This document shows, piece by piece, positions 14,410 through 27,300 of a DNA stretch of 64,000 bases. The first letter of the stretch is position 1; the number at the start of each line of letters is the position of its first letter. The notes beneath the pieces are model-generated. The model worked only from the letters and a program-made list of their open reading frames with translations, made no database searches and was not told where the DNA came from. The stretch spans positions 5,185-69,184 of the forward strand of contig JAPDFW010000027.1 in the NCBI GenBank assembly GCA_028826165.1, given 5' to 3'. The position numbers and the translations under genes are program-made. This DNA comes from Anaeramoeba ignava BMAN (Eukaryota; Protista; Anaeramoebae).

Positions 14410-14635
14410 TTATTATTTGTTATTTATTTCAATCTGTGAATATTTTTTTATCTTGTTATTATGTTTTTTTTTTTGTTTTCAAAAGAGAAAACTGAAAAAA
14501 AAAAATTATAAAAAAAATAAATTTTTCGATTTGGAAAAAAAAAAATTTTTTTTATAAATAATTCCTTCTAATTCAAATTTTGATCGTGGTTTTTTTTTGA
14601 AAAAGAAATCATTTATTCAATTTAAATTTCCAAAA

Positions 14636-15785
14636 TCCAAAATTAAAATCAAAATTAAAATCAAAATTAAAATCAAAATCAAAATCAAAATCAAAATATA
14701 AATCAAAATCAAAATCAAAATTAAAATCAAAATCAAATTCAAAATTAAAATCAAAATCAAAATTAAAATTAAAATCAAAATTAAAATCAAAATATAAATC
14801 AAAATCAAAATTAAAATTAAAATCAAAATTAAAATCAAAATCAAAATTAAAATCAAAATCAAAATCAAAATTAAAATCAAAATTAAAATCAAAATCAAAA
14901 TCAAAATCAAAATCAAAATCAAAATATAAATTAAAATCAAAATCAAAACCAAAATTAAAATCAAAATCAAAATCAAAATCAAAATTAAAATCAAAATTAA
15001 AATATAAATCAAAATCAAAATCAAAATCAAAATCAAAATTAAAATCAAAATCAAATTCAAAATCAAAATCAAAATTAAAATCAAAATCAAAATCAAAATC
15101 AAAATCAAAATATAAATTAAAATCAAAATCAAAATCAAAATCAAAATCAAAATCAAAATCAAAATAAAAATCAAAATTAAAAATCAAAATCAAAATTAAA
15201 ATCAAAATCAAAATCAAAATTAAAATTAAAATCAAAATCAAAATCAAAATCAAAATCAAAATCAAAATTAAAATCAAAATCAAAATTAAAATTAAAATCA
15301 AAATTAAAATCAAAATCAAAATTAAAATTAAAATCAAAATTAAAATTAAAATCAAAATCAAAATTAAAATCAAAATCAAAATCAAAATTAAAATCAAAAT
15401 TAAAATCAAAATCAAAATCAAAATTAAAATCAAAATTAAAATCAAAATTAAAATCAAAATCAAAATTAAAATCAAAATCCAAAATCAAAATTAAAATTAA
15501 AATTAAAATCAAAATTATAAATAAAAATTAAAATTAAAATCAAAATCAAAATCAAAATCAAAATATAAATCAAAATCAAAATCCAAAATTAAAATCAAAA
15601 TTAAAATCAAAATTAAAATCAAAATCAAAATCAAAATCAAAATCAAAATCAAAATCAAAATCAAAATTAAAATCAAAATTAAAATTAAAATCAAAATCCA
15701 AATTAAAATCAAAATTATAAATAAAAATTAAAATCAAAATTAAAATTAAAATCAAAATATAAATCAAAATATAAATCAAAATTAA
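14636..15785. repeat. Intergenic hexamer satellite (AAAATC/AAAATT)n between divergent MFS copy 2 and MED13
   Basis: Tandem periodicity; the IL/DF ORFs over it are artefacts. Confidence 0.95.
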
Positions 15786-15916
15786 GAATGAAAATATTTT
15801 TTTTTTACAAAATTTTTTTTCATTTTTGGATAAAATCATTTTTCTTTTCTTTTTTTTTCCTTTTTAGTTTATTTCCCAAAATTTGAATTTTTGCTTTTCC
15901 TTTTCATTTTCTCATT

Positions 15917-18900
15917 ATGGAAATTGAAAATGAATCATTATTTGGTTTTAAAACAAATATTTTTAAAATTGTAAATAAAATTAAAAAAATAAATTTTTTT
16001 TTGAATTAATATTTTTTTTACAAAAAACAAAAACAAAAACAGAAAAAAATAGAAGAAATTAAATGGAGAATTTATACATTAAAAACAAATGAAGAAACAA
16101 TTAATTTAGAATCAATTTTAAAGAATTTTGGGTTTGAAAATAAAGATTGTATTTTTCCAACAACAAGTTTACCGTTTGTTATTGGGAGATTAATAATTCA
16201 AAAGACATCATGTTTATGGAGTTGGTTTCATAATCCACAAAATTCAAAATTAAATCAATTGTGGATATTTGATGCTGATGGTTTAATTTCTGATTATACT
16301 TCTTTTCTTGAAAATGAAAATGAAAATGAAAATGAAAATGAAAATGAAAATGAAAATGAAAATGAAAATGAAAATGAAAATGAAAATGAAAATGAAAATG
16401 AAAATGAAAATGAAAATCAAAATGAAAATGAAAATGAAAATGAAAATGAAAATGAAAATGAAAATGAAAATGAAAATGAAAATGAAAATGAAAATGAAAA
16501 TGAAAATGAAAATGAAAATGAAAATGAAAATGAAAATGAAAATGAAAATCAAAAGAATCAAAATCAAGAATTTTTTAAAAATGTTAGAAAAATTTTGCGA
16601 GAATATTTTAGTTGTTCAAAAGGAAAATTTATAGTGAGTTCAAGAGAAGTTATTTCGGAAGAAAATCAAGAAAATCCTATTCATTTAAAATTAGTATCAC
16701 TTATGCTGATTGAAGCTTTTAATAATCTTATTGAACTGTAAGATATAAATATAAAATTAAAATTAAAATTAAAATTAAAATTAAAATTAAAATTCATTTT
16801 AAAATTTAAAATTAAAATTCATTTTAAAATTTAAAATTAAAATTAAAATTAAAATTAAAATTAAAATTAAAATTCATTTTAAAATTTAAAATTAAAATTC
16901 ATTTTAAAATTAAAATTAAAATTAAAATTCATTTTAAAATTAAAATTCATTTTGAAATTAAAATTCATTTTAAAATTAAAATTCATTTTGAAATTAAAAT
17001 TCATTTTGAAATTGAAATTCATTTTGAAATTAAAATTCATTTTGAAATTAATTTTTTTCCGATTTTCATTCAAACAGAAAATTAGAAAAACAAAATTGGT
17101 TAAGACTTGGAAGCTGGTTTGTAAACATCCGCCAACAAATATTTGGAAAATGGAACGCAGCACCATTGCCAATGGAGGCTTTTAGATTAAACTTTTTCTT
17201 TGAGAAAACAAAACTATGCTTACAATTTGTGCACAACCACTTACTTCTTCGGAAGCTGACAGAAAGCGATGCCGACAACACAACTGTATTCATCTCACCA
17301 TTTGAAACAAAAGCGCGAATAAACAAGAAAAGAAACCTGAAGCCAACATTTGTAGAAACAACACCAGAACTTGAATGGATGCTTTTCGGGTTAAGTCACA
17401 ACTTATCGCGACAAAACATTGGGACAGAGAACCAAGTAAACATCACACCCGAGGGGTCCAACATCACACTCACAGTCCCAAAGACTCGGGTGTTTGTGCC
17501 GATGACACAGAAGAAGGCTGTATTGCCGTTGACGACAAGGAACAAGGAAATTTACGAAAATTTCACGCGGTTCACGCTCAACGATTCATTGCTCACAGAA
17601 CTGCTGTGCTCAAACGGAGACGGCGAAAGTATCGGGCTTGATAAGCAGTCGATGCTTCTTGATTGCGGATTGAATGATCTTGCAACATGGCCGAATGCGC
17701 TGCTTGACATTAGCTTCCATAGTGAGGCATTTCCTAAATCACTAGGTTTGACAGGAGCAGAAAAAACAACCCAAAAAGAAACACTTTCGGGCGTGGAATG
17801 GTTCAATGAGAACCGCAAGAAGCGCAAAAGCCATCTGGAGCAGGAGGAAAAAGAGCGAGTGAACTTCAAACGAAGAATGAGAATGCTCCAAATAGCAAAA
17901 AGCAAACAAATTAAAAATCGATCGGAGATCCAGTCAGAAATGACAGCTATTCGGGACACAAATCAAGAATCTGGCAAAAACGAACAGCAATTAACCCACA
18001 ATGGAGATCAAGTCCAGACAAGAGTGTCGGAAAGACAGAAAGAAACGGCAGGTGGCACAAAGTTACGTTCGTTATGGGATCCGTTCACAAAACTTCTTGA
18101 GGAGAAACCGCGACTTCTGAAGTTCGAGCCCAGAGAAGGTGCTGTGTTAGACGGAGCAAGACAAACCACAGCAGTTTGGCAAACAGGAAGATGGAAGGAC
18201 AGCGGAGACAAGACGGCGCATAAAAAGACTTTCGAGACAAGAAGACATGCGGTTTATTCTCCACAGATGTCAACCAATTCGGCTGTGATTGTGAACAAAA
18301 CAGAGGGAATGGTGCGCAGTCCTAGCGGAAGAGGTGGATGGGCAAATCCACGCAAGACACTTGGCGGCGCAATGGGGAAGAGTAGTGCAAAACATTCTGT
18401 GCAGACAGAGATGGGTGGCGATCTTTCTTTGAAACAAACAAGTCCGTTGGAAAATGCAAGAGTGCGCATCGGCGGCCAAGAATATGTCAGTAGTGTGCTT
18501 ATGCTTCTGCAGACGGTAGACAGCTCATTGGAGGATCCGTTGGATATTCTTGCAAAGGTCCCGAGCGCAGTGGGAGAAGATGGGGTTGTGGGAATGAGTG
18601 AGAATGCGAGACGCGTTGGTATGCAAAAATCTCATCAAACAATCCCATCGCCGTTATCCAAACAGAAGAAAATCGGGACAAGCCAACGGTCCAACTACGC
18701 AAAAACACTGCCTGTTCTGAAGGAGATCGTCAAACAGCTCCAGGTGGTGTATGATCAAAAGCAATGCCACGAAGGATGTGTTGATGCGGATCACAACGGA
18801 ACTTGGACTTTGGTCGCAAACGATAAACAATCACAACAAGCTCGTGAAGTTCTGGAAGATATTTTTGGGGGACTCTCTCGAAAGGATCATTTAGGGACAA

Positions 18901-20894
18901 AAGGGGGAATCTGGCGACGTTTGGAGATCCCGAACTTTCTATCTGGATACGACACAGAATGGGTGGAAATTCTACCGTCTTTCGCAATGTCTTATTGGCA
19001 AGCTGTTCTTCTTGAGCCGTATCAGGACCGTAGAGACGTCGAGTACTTCGTAGTCGCCCCGCAGGACACAACACTTAGGTTCTCTGCGGATATGTTCTTC
19101 CGCAATCTGGGGTCGATTTACGAGTCCTGTTTTCTTGGGAAACACAGAGAATTCCGCAACTTCGATTACTCCACACCTGACATCGATGGCGAGCTCACAG
19201 ACATAGCAAAAGAGAAGCCCTCTCCATCACTGCTCTCTCGGTCATTCGGACCTGCAGACTTCTTGGAAGACAAAACACCGCGCTCGTCATTGGGCGATAT
19301 TAGCTCAATAACGCTCTCCGAAGATCTAGTCGTTTCCAAAAACTCAGAAATCACTGATATCACAGCACCTCCAACAAACTCGCTGCACTTCCAGAAGAAG
19401 GAAGTCCTTGCACACTACGCAAACACATCGCGCAGGATCGTCAACTGTCTGAAACGTCGCAGCAAATATAATAAATACCAGTCAAAAAACGCCAGAACAG
19501 TTATTTATGTTGTGGATCCTAATATGCCCCAAAGCGATGTGACAGGATTCGATCAAAAAGACTCGCGAAACAAGATCAGTCTTCTCGATATCTACCAAGC
19601 GCTCTTCCCGCTGCTCGAACTCGAGAAGAAAAAGGTTGCGTTTCTCAGCGGAAGACGGGCACTAGAAGACGGAAAAAAGCAAGACAGCAACCAGTCCGAA
19701 AAGAGCATTTCCAAAAAAACATCGAATCAACTTCAATCAACCCCATCAAAAAACAGCACAAAGGGGATCGAAAGCAAGGACGAGAAATATATCACTCGCG
19801 AGGGGATTGTAGGCGGTGAGAAGCACCAGACAACGCCGAGCAAAAACCAGACAGGGAACGTTGTAGTTCAAGTGGTTGATCTTTCGGAGATTCTTCACCA
19901 ACAAACAAATTTCGAGCGAGAACTCAAATCAATGTGCTTCTCAGTGTATTCCAAAGCAAGCAAATACAAACACCACTCGCGTCCTCCATGCGTTCTTTCC
20001 TTCCGTCCCAACAAGACCCTCTCTGCCCAATCCCCGCACGCAGAACAGCTTCCCGAAGACGAACTGTTTCTCCTGCGCAACATCGATCCAACTCCCCAAA
20101 TTTCCCAAATGACTCTTCATTGCTGTTATTCATCCACAAACTCTATTATTGTCTATACTTGGATCGACTCCTTTGGCGAGCTCATTTCTTCCTCACTCGA
20201 ACCCCCCAAATCCCTTTTTCATGTCTTCAAAAAAATCCTTCGTGACGGTCTTTCTCTTCTTCATGTCTCAGACCCCCATTTGACCCCACTTTCCGAGAAC
20301 AGACCTGACCCCCAAAAAATCTGTCAAATTCGGTTCGCCATTTCAAAAGACGGATCTCTTCCAGAACGTGAACTGCAAGAATGGAGTCATGCCTTCCGCG
20401 ATCTCTTTGGCTCCCCCCAAAACCCTAATCCTTCCTGTTCGCGCCTTGGTCTATATCAGCTTCATTCATGGTCTGTTATGGCCATCAACGACGTCCAATT
20501 TGGATTGCAGTTATTTTTCGATAACAAAGACTCTCATTTCGGTCAGTCATCTGTTCCTGAGACTCATCTCATTATCCCAAAGAATCCTCCTTACTTCCTT
20601 TCCCAAATTGAAACTCCAAATGCTCTTAAACCTCTTCAAGTATCTTATCTTGTTGATATTGACAATTCGTTTTTAAAATGTCTTTCAATCGAGCTTTTCC
20701 ATTTTTCTCTTTTCCAAGTTGATGAGAAATCTGATCCGCCAAGTGATTCTGATCTCAAGAAAGTTTTGGAAGAGTTGAGTTCGGAATTATTTGCTTTGTC
20801 TTGGCTTACTGCTTCTCCTGTTGCTCCAATGAGAGCTTCTACTCTTCCTGTTCATCTTTATATTATAAGAAGAATTCTTTCCTTTTTAAATTGA
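15917..20894 (+). CDS. MED13: Mediator kinase-module subunit 13; exons 15917-15970, 16043-16737, 17078-20894
   Basis: N-terminal TNIFKI/KKIEEIKWRIY; ELKLEKQNWLRLGSWFV; MID/PIWI-like block YWQAVLLEPYQDRRDVEYFVVAP..FFRNLGSIYESCFLGKH; TLHCCYS; C-terminal LSWLT..RASTLPVHL; splice phases consistent. Confidence 0.88.
16310..16548 (+). repeat. In-frame (GAAAAT)n encoding poly-(EN) in MED13 exon 2
   Basis: About 40 hexamers with the frame preserved on both sides. Confidence 0.9.
16752..17050. repeat. AAAATT hexamer and 18-bp AAATTAAAATTCATTTTG/A array in MED13 intron 2
   Basis: Tandem periodicity within intron 16738-17077. Confidence 0.85.
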
Positions 20895-21135
20895 CATTTT
20901 TTTTTCTATTCATTTTAGATTTTCTTTTTGGAATGAATAAACCAAAAAGAAGAAAATTTTTGTTTTTGTTTTTTTTGAGAATTTTTATTTGGAATCAAAC
21001 CAAATCAAATCAAAAAATCAAATCAAATCAAATTAAAATTGAATCAAAATCAAATTGAATCAAACCAAATCAAATCAAAAAATCAAATCAAAAAATCAAA
21101 TTAAAATTGAATCAAAATCAAATCAAATCAAAAAA

Positions 21136-22418
21136 TCAATTTGAATCAAAATGGCAATCTTTGCAATACCAAGCATCTGTTGCAATTCCACAATTATTGT
21201 TTTTATCTCTTGACATCCAAATATAACCTTGCATTCCCCAAGATGAACCCCAAGAATTTTGAACAATCCAATACTTATCATCACCTGAATTACAATATCC
21301 AACAACAAGAACAGCATGATCCAAATTAGTAGAACTGCAATCCTTTTCATAATAAATTCCACTGACATACGTTTGGAAACTAAAATGACTTGCATCAATA
21401 GCAGCAGAAAGTGGACCATATTGAGCACAAATTTGAGCCATTTCTGTTTCATTACCAGTTAGAACTTGGAAACATTCGATTGAAAATTTTATTGGTTTAC
21501 ATGAATTTGATTTGCAGCGCTCAGTCATTCCAGTATATGGATAATCTTCTGCACTGCATGATCCTCCTTGTTCTTGTTCCCATTTTAAAGCCTGTTTGGG
21601 CCAACCTCCATTACATCCATATGATCCATCATCACAATCAATAATTTCTTGAATTGAAAGCTTTACTAAACTTCCGTTATCAATTGCTAAACATGATTCA
21701 ATAACTTCCATTGCTGATATTGCCCAACATGAACCACATTGTCCTTGATCTATAACATTTGGTACAACTCCTTTGTCTTTCCAATCAACACAATCATCTG
21801 TTGGTAAATTTGGATCGTATTCATATTCTTTCCCTATTTGTTTTCTTTTAGGTAATTCGTTCATTAAATATAATTCTTGATATTCTTTGTTTGTTAAATC
21901 TGTAAATTGATTTATTCCAACTATTTTATTTAAAATTAAAATTAAAATTAAAATTAAAATTAATTTATAAAATTAAAATTAAAATTAAAATTAAAATTAA
22001 AATTAAAATTAAAATTAAAATTAAAATTAAAATTAAAATTAAAATTAAAATTAAAATCAAAATTAAAATTAAAATTCATTTATAAAATCAAAATTAAAAA
22101 TAAAATTAAAATTAAAATTAAAATTAAAATTAAAATTAAAATTAAAATTAAAATTAAAATTAAAATTAAAATTAAAATTAAAATTGAAATTAATTTTTAT
22201 TAATTACGCTGAAATTTATTGTTTGGATTTTGGTTGTGTTGATGAATTTTGTTTAAATTATCTTTAAAAACTGAAAATCGATAAATTTTTTCATTTGGTG
22301 AATAAACTTTATTAAATTTCTTTTGGAAAGCTTTAAACATCAATTCTTCTTTACTTTTGACACATCCAACAAATGAAACGAATAATAAAATGAAAAGAGC
22401 TAAAATAAAAACTTTCAT
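21136..22418 (-). CDS. Papain-family (C1A) cathepsin L-like protease copy 1; exons 22418-22208 and 21920-21136
   Basis: Signal peptide; I29 prodomain (RFSVFKDN, LGINQFTDLT); QGQCGSCWA, LDHAVLVVGY and QNSW catalytic motifs. Confidence 0.95.
21930..22195. repeat. AAAATT hexamer array in cathepsin copy 1 intron
   Basis: Tandem periodicity; absent from the 115-bp paralogous intron 23897-24011. Confidence 0.9.
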
Positions 22419-22534
22419 TCTTTTGTTTTCTTTTAAAAATGAAGTAAAAAAATGAAAACTTTTTTTTTTGTTGTTTTTTTTTTTTTTTGGATCATTTTAT
22501 TTTAAACAAAAATTCATTAACAAAAAATCCAAAA

Positions 22535-23110
22535 TTGAATCAAATCAAAATTCAAAATTGAATTAAATCAAAAAATTAAATCAAAATCAAATTAAATCAA
22601 ATCAAATCAAATCAAATCAAATCAAAATCAAAATCAAAATTGAATCAAATCAAATCAAATTGAATCAAAAATCAAAATTGAATTAAATCAAAATTGAATC
22701 AAATCAAAAAATCAAAATTGAATCAAATCAAAAAATCAAATCAAAATCAAATCAAAATTGAATTAAATCAAAATTGAATCAAATCAAAATTGAATTAAAA
22801 ATCAAAATTAAAATTGAATTAAATCAAATTGAATCAAATCAAATCAAAATTGAATTGAATCAAAATCAAATCAAATCAAAATTGAATCAAATCAAAAAAT
22901 CAAATCAAAATCAAATCAAAATTGAATTAAATCAAAAATCAAAATTGAATTAAATCAAATCAAAATTGAATCAAAAATCAAAATTGAATTAAATCAAAAT
23001 TGAATCAAATCAAAAAATCAAAATTGAATCAAATCAAAAAATCAAATCAAATTGAATCAAAAATCAAAAAATCAAATCAAAAAATCAAATTGAATCAAAA
23101 ATCAAAAATT
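22535..23110. repeat. Intergenic AAATC/AAAATC/AATTGAATC satellite; shorter related array at ~20995-21140
   Basis: Tandem mixed 5-6-mers immediately 3' of each cathepsin stop codon. Confidence 0.9.
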
Positions 23111-23117
23111 CAATTCC

Positions 23118-24227
23118 TTAATCAAAATGGCAATCTTTGCAATACCAAGCATCTGTTGCAATTCCACAATTATTGTTTTTATCTCTTGACATCCAAATAT
23201 AACCTTGCATTCCCCAAGATGAACCCCAAGAATTTTGAACAATCCAATACTTATCATCACCTGAATTACAATATCCAACAACAAGAACAGTATGATCCAA
23301 ATTAGTAGAACTGCAAGCAGGTTCATAATAAATTCCACTCACATACATTTCGAAACTAGCATGACTTGCATCAATAGCAGAAGAAAGTGGACCATATTGA
23401 GCACAAATTTGAGCCATTGCTGTTTCATTACCAGTTGGAACTTGGAAACATTCGATTGAAAAATTTATTGGTTTACATGAACTTGATTTGCATGCTTCTG
23501 TCATTCCAGTATATGGATAATCTGCTGCACTGCATGATCCTCCTTGTTCTTTTTCCCATTCGAAAACTTGATCAGGCCAACCTCCATTACATCCATATGA
23601 CTTATCATCACAATCAATAATTTCTTGAATTGATAAATAGTCTAATTTTCCATTATCAATTGCTAAACATGCTTCAATAACTTCCAATGCCGTTATTGCC
23701 CAACATGAACCACATTGTCCTTCATTGACAACATCTGGTACAACTCCTTTGTCTCTCCAATCAACACAATCATCTGTTGGTAAATTTGGATCGTATTCAT
23801 ATTCTTTCGTTATTTGTTTTCTTTTAGGTAATTCGTTCATTAAATATAATTCTTGATATTCTTTGTTTGTTAAATCTGTAAATTGATTTATTCCAACTAT
23901 TTTATTTTAATCCAAAAAAAAAGAGAAAAAAGAATTTTTGAATAGGTGAATTTAATTAAAGAAATGAATAAGAAAATTTTTTGCTTTTTTCTTTTAATTT
24001 TTATTAATTACGCTGAAATTTAAAATTAAAATTTTGAAATTAAAATTAAAATAAAATTTTGTTTAAATTATCTTTAAAAACTGAAAATCGATAAATTTTT
24101 CATTTGGTGAATAAGCTTTATTAAATTTCTTTTGGAAAGCTTTAAACATCAATTCTTCTTTACTTTTGGCACATCCAACAAATGAAATGAATAATAAAAT
24201 GAAAAGAGCTAAAATAAAAACTTTCAT
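23118..24227 (-). pseudogene. Cathepsin L-like copy 2; mature domain open but exon 1 (24227-24012) disrupted
   Basis: Relative to copy 1: 1-bp deletion in the T run at ~24096, and 27 coding bp replaced by 33 bp of TTTTAA-type repeat containing stops (~24022-24054). Exon 2 (23896-23118) is intact. Confidence 0.7.
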
Positions 24228-24304
24228 TCTTTTGTTTTCTTTTAAAAATGAAGTAAAAAAATGAAAACTTTTTTTTTTGTTGTTTTGTTTTTTTTTGGAT
24301 CATT

Positions 24305-27300
24305 TTATTTTAAACAAAAATTCATTAACAAAAAATCCAAAATACTATTCTCATTTAATTGAAAATAATCTTGAATATCTTCAAATTCTTCAAAATTTTC
24401 TTTTGTTATTTCTGACATTTGAAACTCATCATGATAAAAAAAATAAATGGTTTGATTTAAAACTTCAAATGGTTTTCCTGAATAATCGTGAACTTGATTT
24501 GATTTATCTTCAACATTCAATTCAAACATTGCTTTGAATAAATCACTTCTTATGGCCAAAATCAACTTGTGGACTTCAATTTCCTTTTCAATTTCTTTTT
24601 CTTCGCAAATTATTTTAAAATCTTTTGTTTTTGATTGATATAATTCTCTAAAATCTCTTAACAACCCATTTATTCCTTGTTTTTCCTGAATCCATTTTAA
24701 ATCATACCCAACTTTTGTAAATACATCACAAATTTGCTCATTTCTTTCTTGTTCGTTTTGTTTGGAAATATTGTTGACAGATAATGCTTTAAAAGCATCA
24801 GAAAGTAAATAATTATACTTCAAATTTTTATTTTTTGTTTCGAAGAATCCATTAAATTTTTGCTTAAAATATTTAAAATCAAGAAACCCAGTGTAAATAA
24901 AATTGACAACTAATTGAACAATGTGATGTGGTTTTTGTTTGCAAGCATTGATAAATTTTTGCAAATTCGCTTCATTATTATCCAGTCTTAATAACAAAAA
25001 TTCTTTGCAAACGCGGATTTGGAACGAATCACTACATTTTATATCCAAATCCGCGAATCCATCTGTTTGTAAGAATTTGTCCATATCCTCTATAAAAGAG
25101 TAGATTTTTGGAAATAATTCCTGAATTTCACTTGTCATTTCTTCCTTTTGGAAATCAAAAGGATTAAAAGCCCTCAATATAAGAACTTTGATTTCTATTG
25201 GGAAACATTTTTCCAAAGCAATTATTAATGGTGTTTTGTTTTTTTTGCTTTTTGCATTTGTATTTGCACCTTTTTCAATCAATAATCGGATAATCTGCAG
25301 TGATAATTGGTTTTCCAAAGCATAATGAAGTGGGGTTTCTTTCTCCGTAGTATTTGCATTGATATCAGCTCCCTTTTCAATCAAAAATTCAACAACATCA
25401 ATGGAAAACTTGTTTTTCAAGGCAAGATGCAATGAATTCTCATTTTGGTTGTTGCATAGATTCACATCAGAACCTTTTGCAACAAGCAATTCAATAATTT
25501 CCTTTGATGCTTTGTTTTGTAATGCATAGTGCAAGGCAGATTCCTTCAAATACCTACTTTGCACAGTTATATCACTTCCCTTTTCAATCAGTGTTTTGAT
25601 AATATCACTCGACGATTTGCTTTTCAAAGCGTAATGAAGTGGTATTTCGTTCCAATTATTTTTTGCATTGATGTCAGCCCCTTTTTCGATCAAAAACATA
25701 ATCATATCATCTGGGAACGTGTTTCCCAATACATAGTGCAATGGTGTTTCGTTAATGTTGAATGTGGAATTTATATCTGCTCCTTTTTCAATCAAAAATT
25801 TGATAACTTCAGTTTCTGAATTTGCTTTAAGAGCAACATGCAGTGATGACTCGTTACTGTTGTTTTTGATATTGATAGCAATTTCTTTTGCAACGAGAAA
25901 TTCGATCACCTCCAACTTGGAATTGTGCTTTAAAGCGAGATGTAATACCGTATCTTTTAAAATTTTGGTTCTCGAATTGATATCAGCTCCTTTTTCAACC
26001 AACATTTTTATAACTTCAAGTGAGTAATTACTTTTCAAGGCATAATGGAATGGGGTTTCATCATTGTTGTTCTTTGCATTAATATCGACTTCTTTCCCAA
26101 TCAACATTTTTAGAATTTCCAGTGAACACTGATTTTTCAATGCAATATGAATCGGTGTTTCGTTTAATTTATTTTTTGCATTGATATTAGTTCCCTTCTC
26201 AAGCAACGTCTCGATAGCCTCAAGTGTGCAATTACTCTTCAAAGCAACCTGAAATGGAGTCTCATTATCTTTATTAACTGAGTCAATAAGAGAGCCTTTC
26301 TCAATGAGAAGGTTTATAACATTGATTGATAGGTTGCTTTTCAAGGCATAATGGAGTGGAGTTTCTCCGTTTTTATTTTTAGAATTGAGACGAGCTCCAT
26401 TTTCAATCAGCAACCCAATAATTTCAATCTCACACTTGTTTTTCAAGGCAATATGCAAAGATATTTCATGTAAATAATTTGTTTTTATATTAATAGGAGA
26501 CTTTTCCTCAACCAATAACCGAATAATTTCAAATGAGCATTTGCTTTTTAAAGCGATATACAGCGGTATTTCGTTGTTATGGTCTTGTGAAATGATATTG
26601 TTCCCTTTTCCAATCATTGCCTGAATCACTTCAATCGGATAATTCCTTTTCAAAGCAATATGCAAAGGAGTTTCGTTGTTATTGTTTTTGTAATTGATAT
26701 CTGATCCTTTTTCAATGAGCAAATTAATAATTTCACTTGGTTTCTTGTTTTCTAAGGCAATATATAAAGGTGTTATATTCAAATCATCAATTTTCGAATT
26801 AATATCAGCTCCTTTATCAATTAATAGCTGAATAATCTCATATGACAAGTCATTTTGCAAAGCAATATGCAATGCTGATTCGTTCATCTTGTTTTTTGAA
26901 TTGATATCAACTCCCCTTTCAATCAATGACCGGATGATTTCAATCGAATACTTGCTTTTCAACGCAATATGCAAAGAATTTTCTTTATTGCGATGATCTC
27001 TGAAATGGATATCAGCTCCTTTATCAATTATTAGCTGAATAATCTCATCTGATTTTTTGGTTTTCAAAGCAAAATGCAACGCTGATTCATTCAAAATATC
27101 AATTTTTGAATTAATATCGACTCCCTTTTCAATTAATAATCGGATTATCTCAATCGAGTAATTGTTTTCTAAAGCAATACTTAAAGGCGTTTCATTATTG
27201 TTGTTTTTTAGATTAACATCAACTTCTTTTCCAGTTAATAGCTGAATAACCCTATCTGAGTAATTGCTTTTTAGAGCCATATGCAAAGCTATCTCATTGT

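Noticed and set aside
14609-15839. Long ORFs of IL/DF/KI/MK dipeptides (also 16283-16634, 37653-37961, 44900-45661, 54809-55399)
   Set aside because: Stop-free frames of simple repeats or alternative frames of real exons; no independent coding evidence
17400-20500. Horizontal transfer or mobile element explaining high GC; antisense ORFs in this region
   Set aside because: Continuous MED13 frame with smooth compositional edges; antisense ORFs are expected at higher GC
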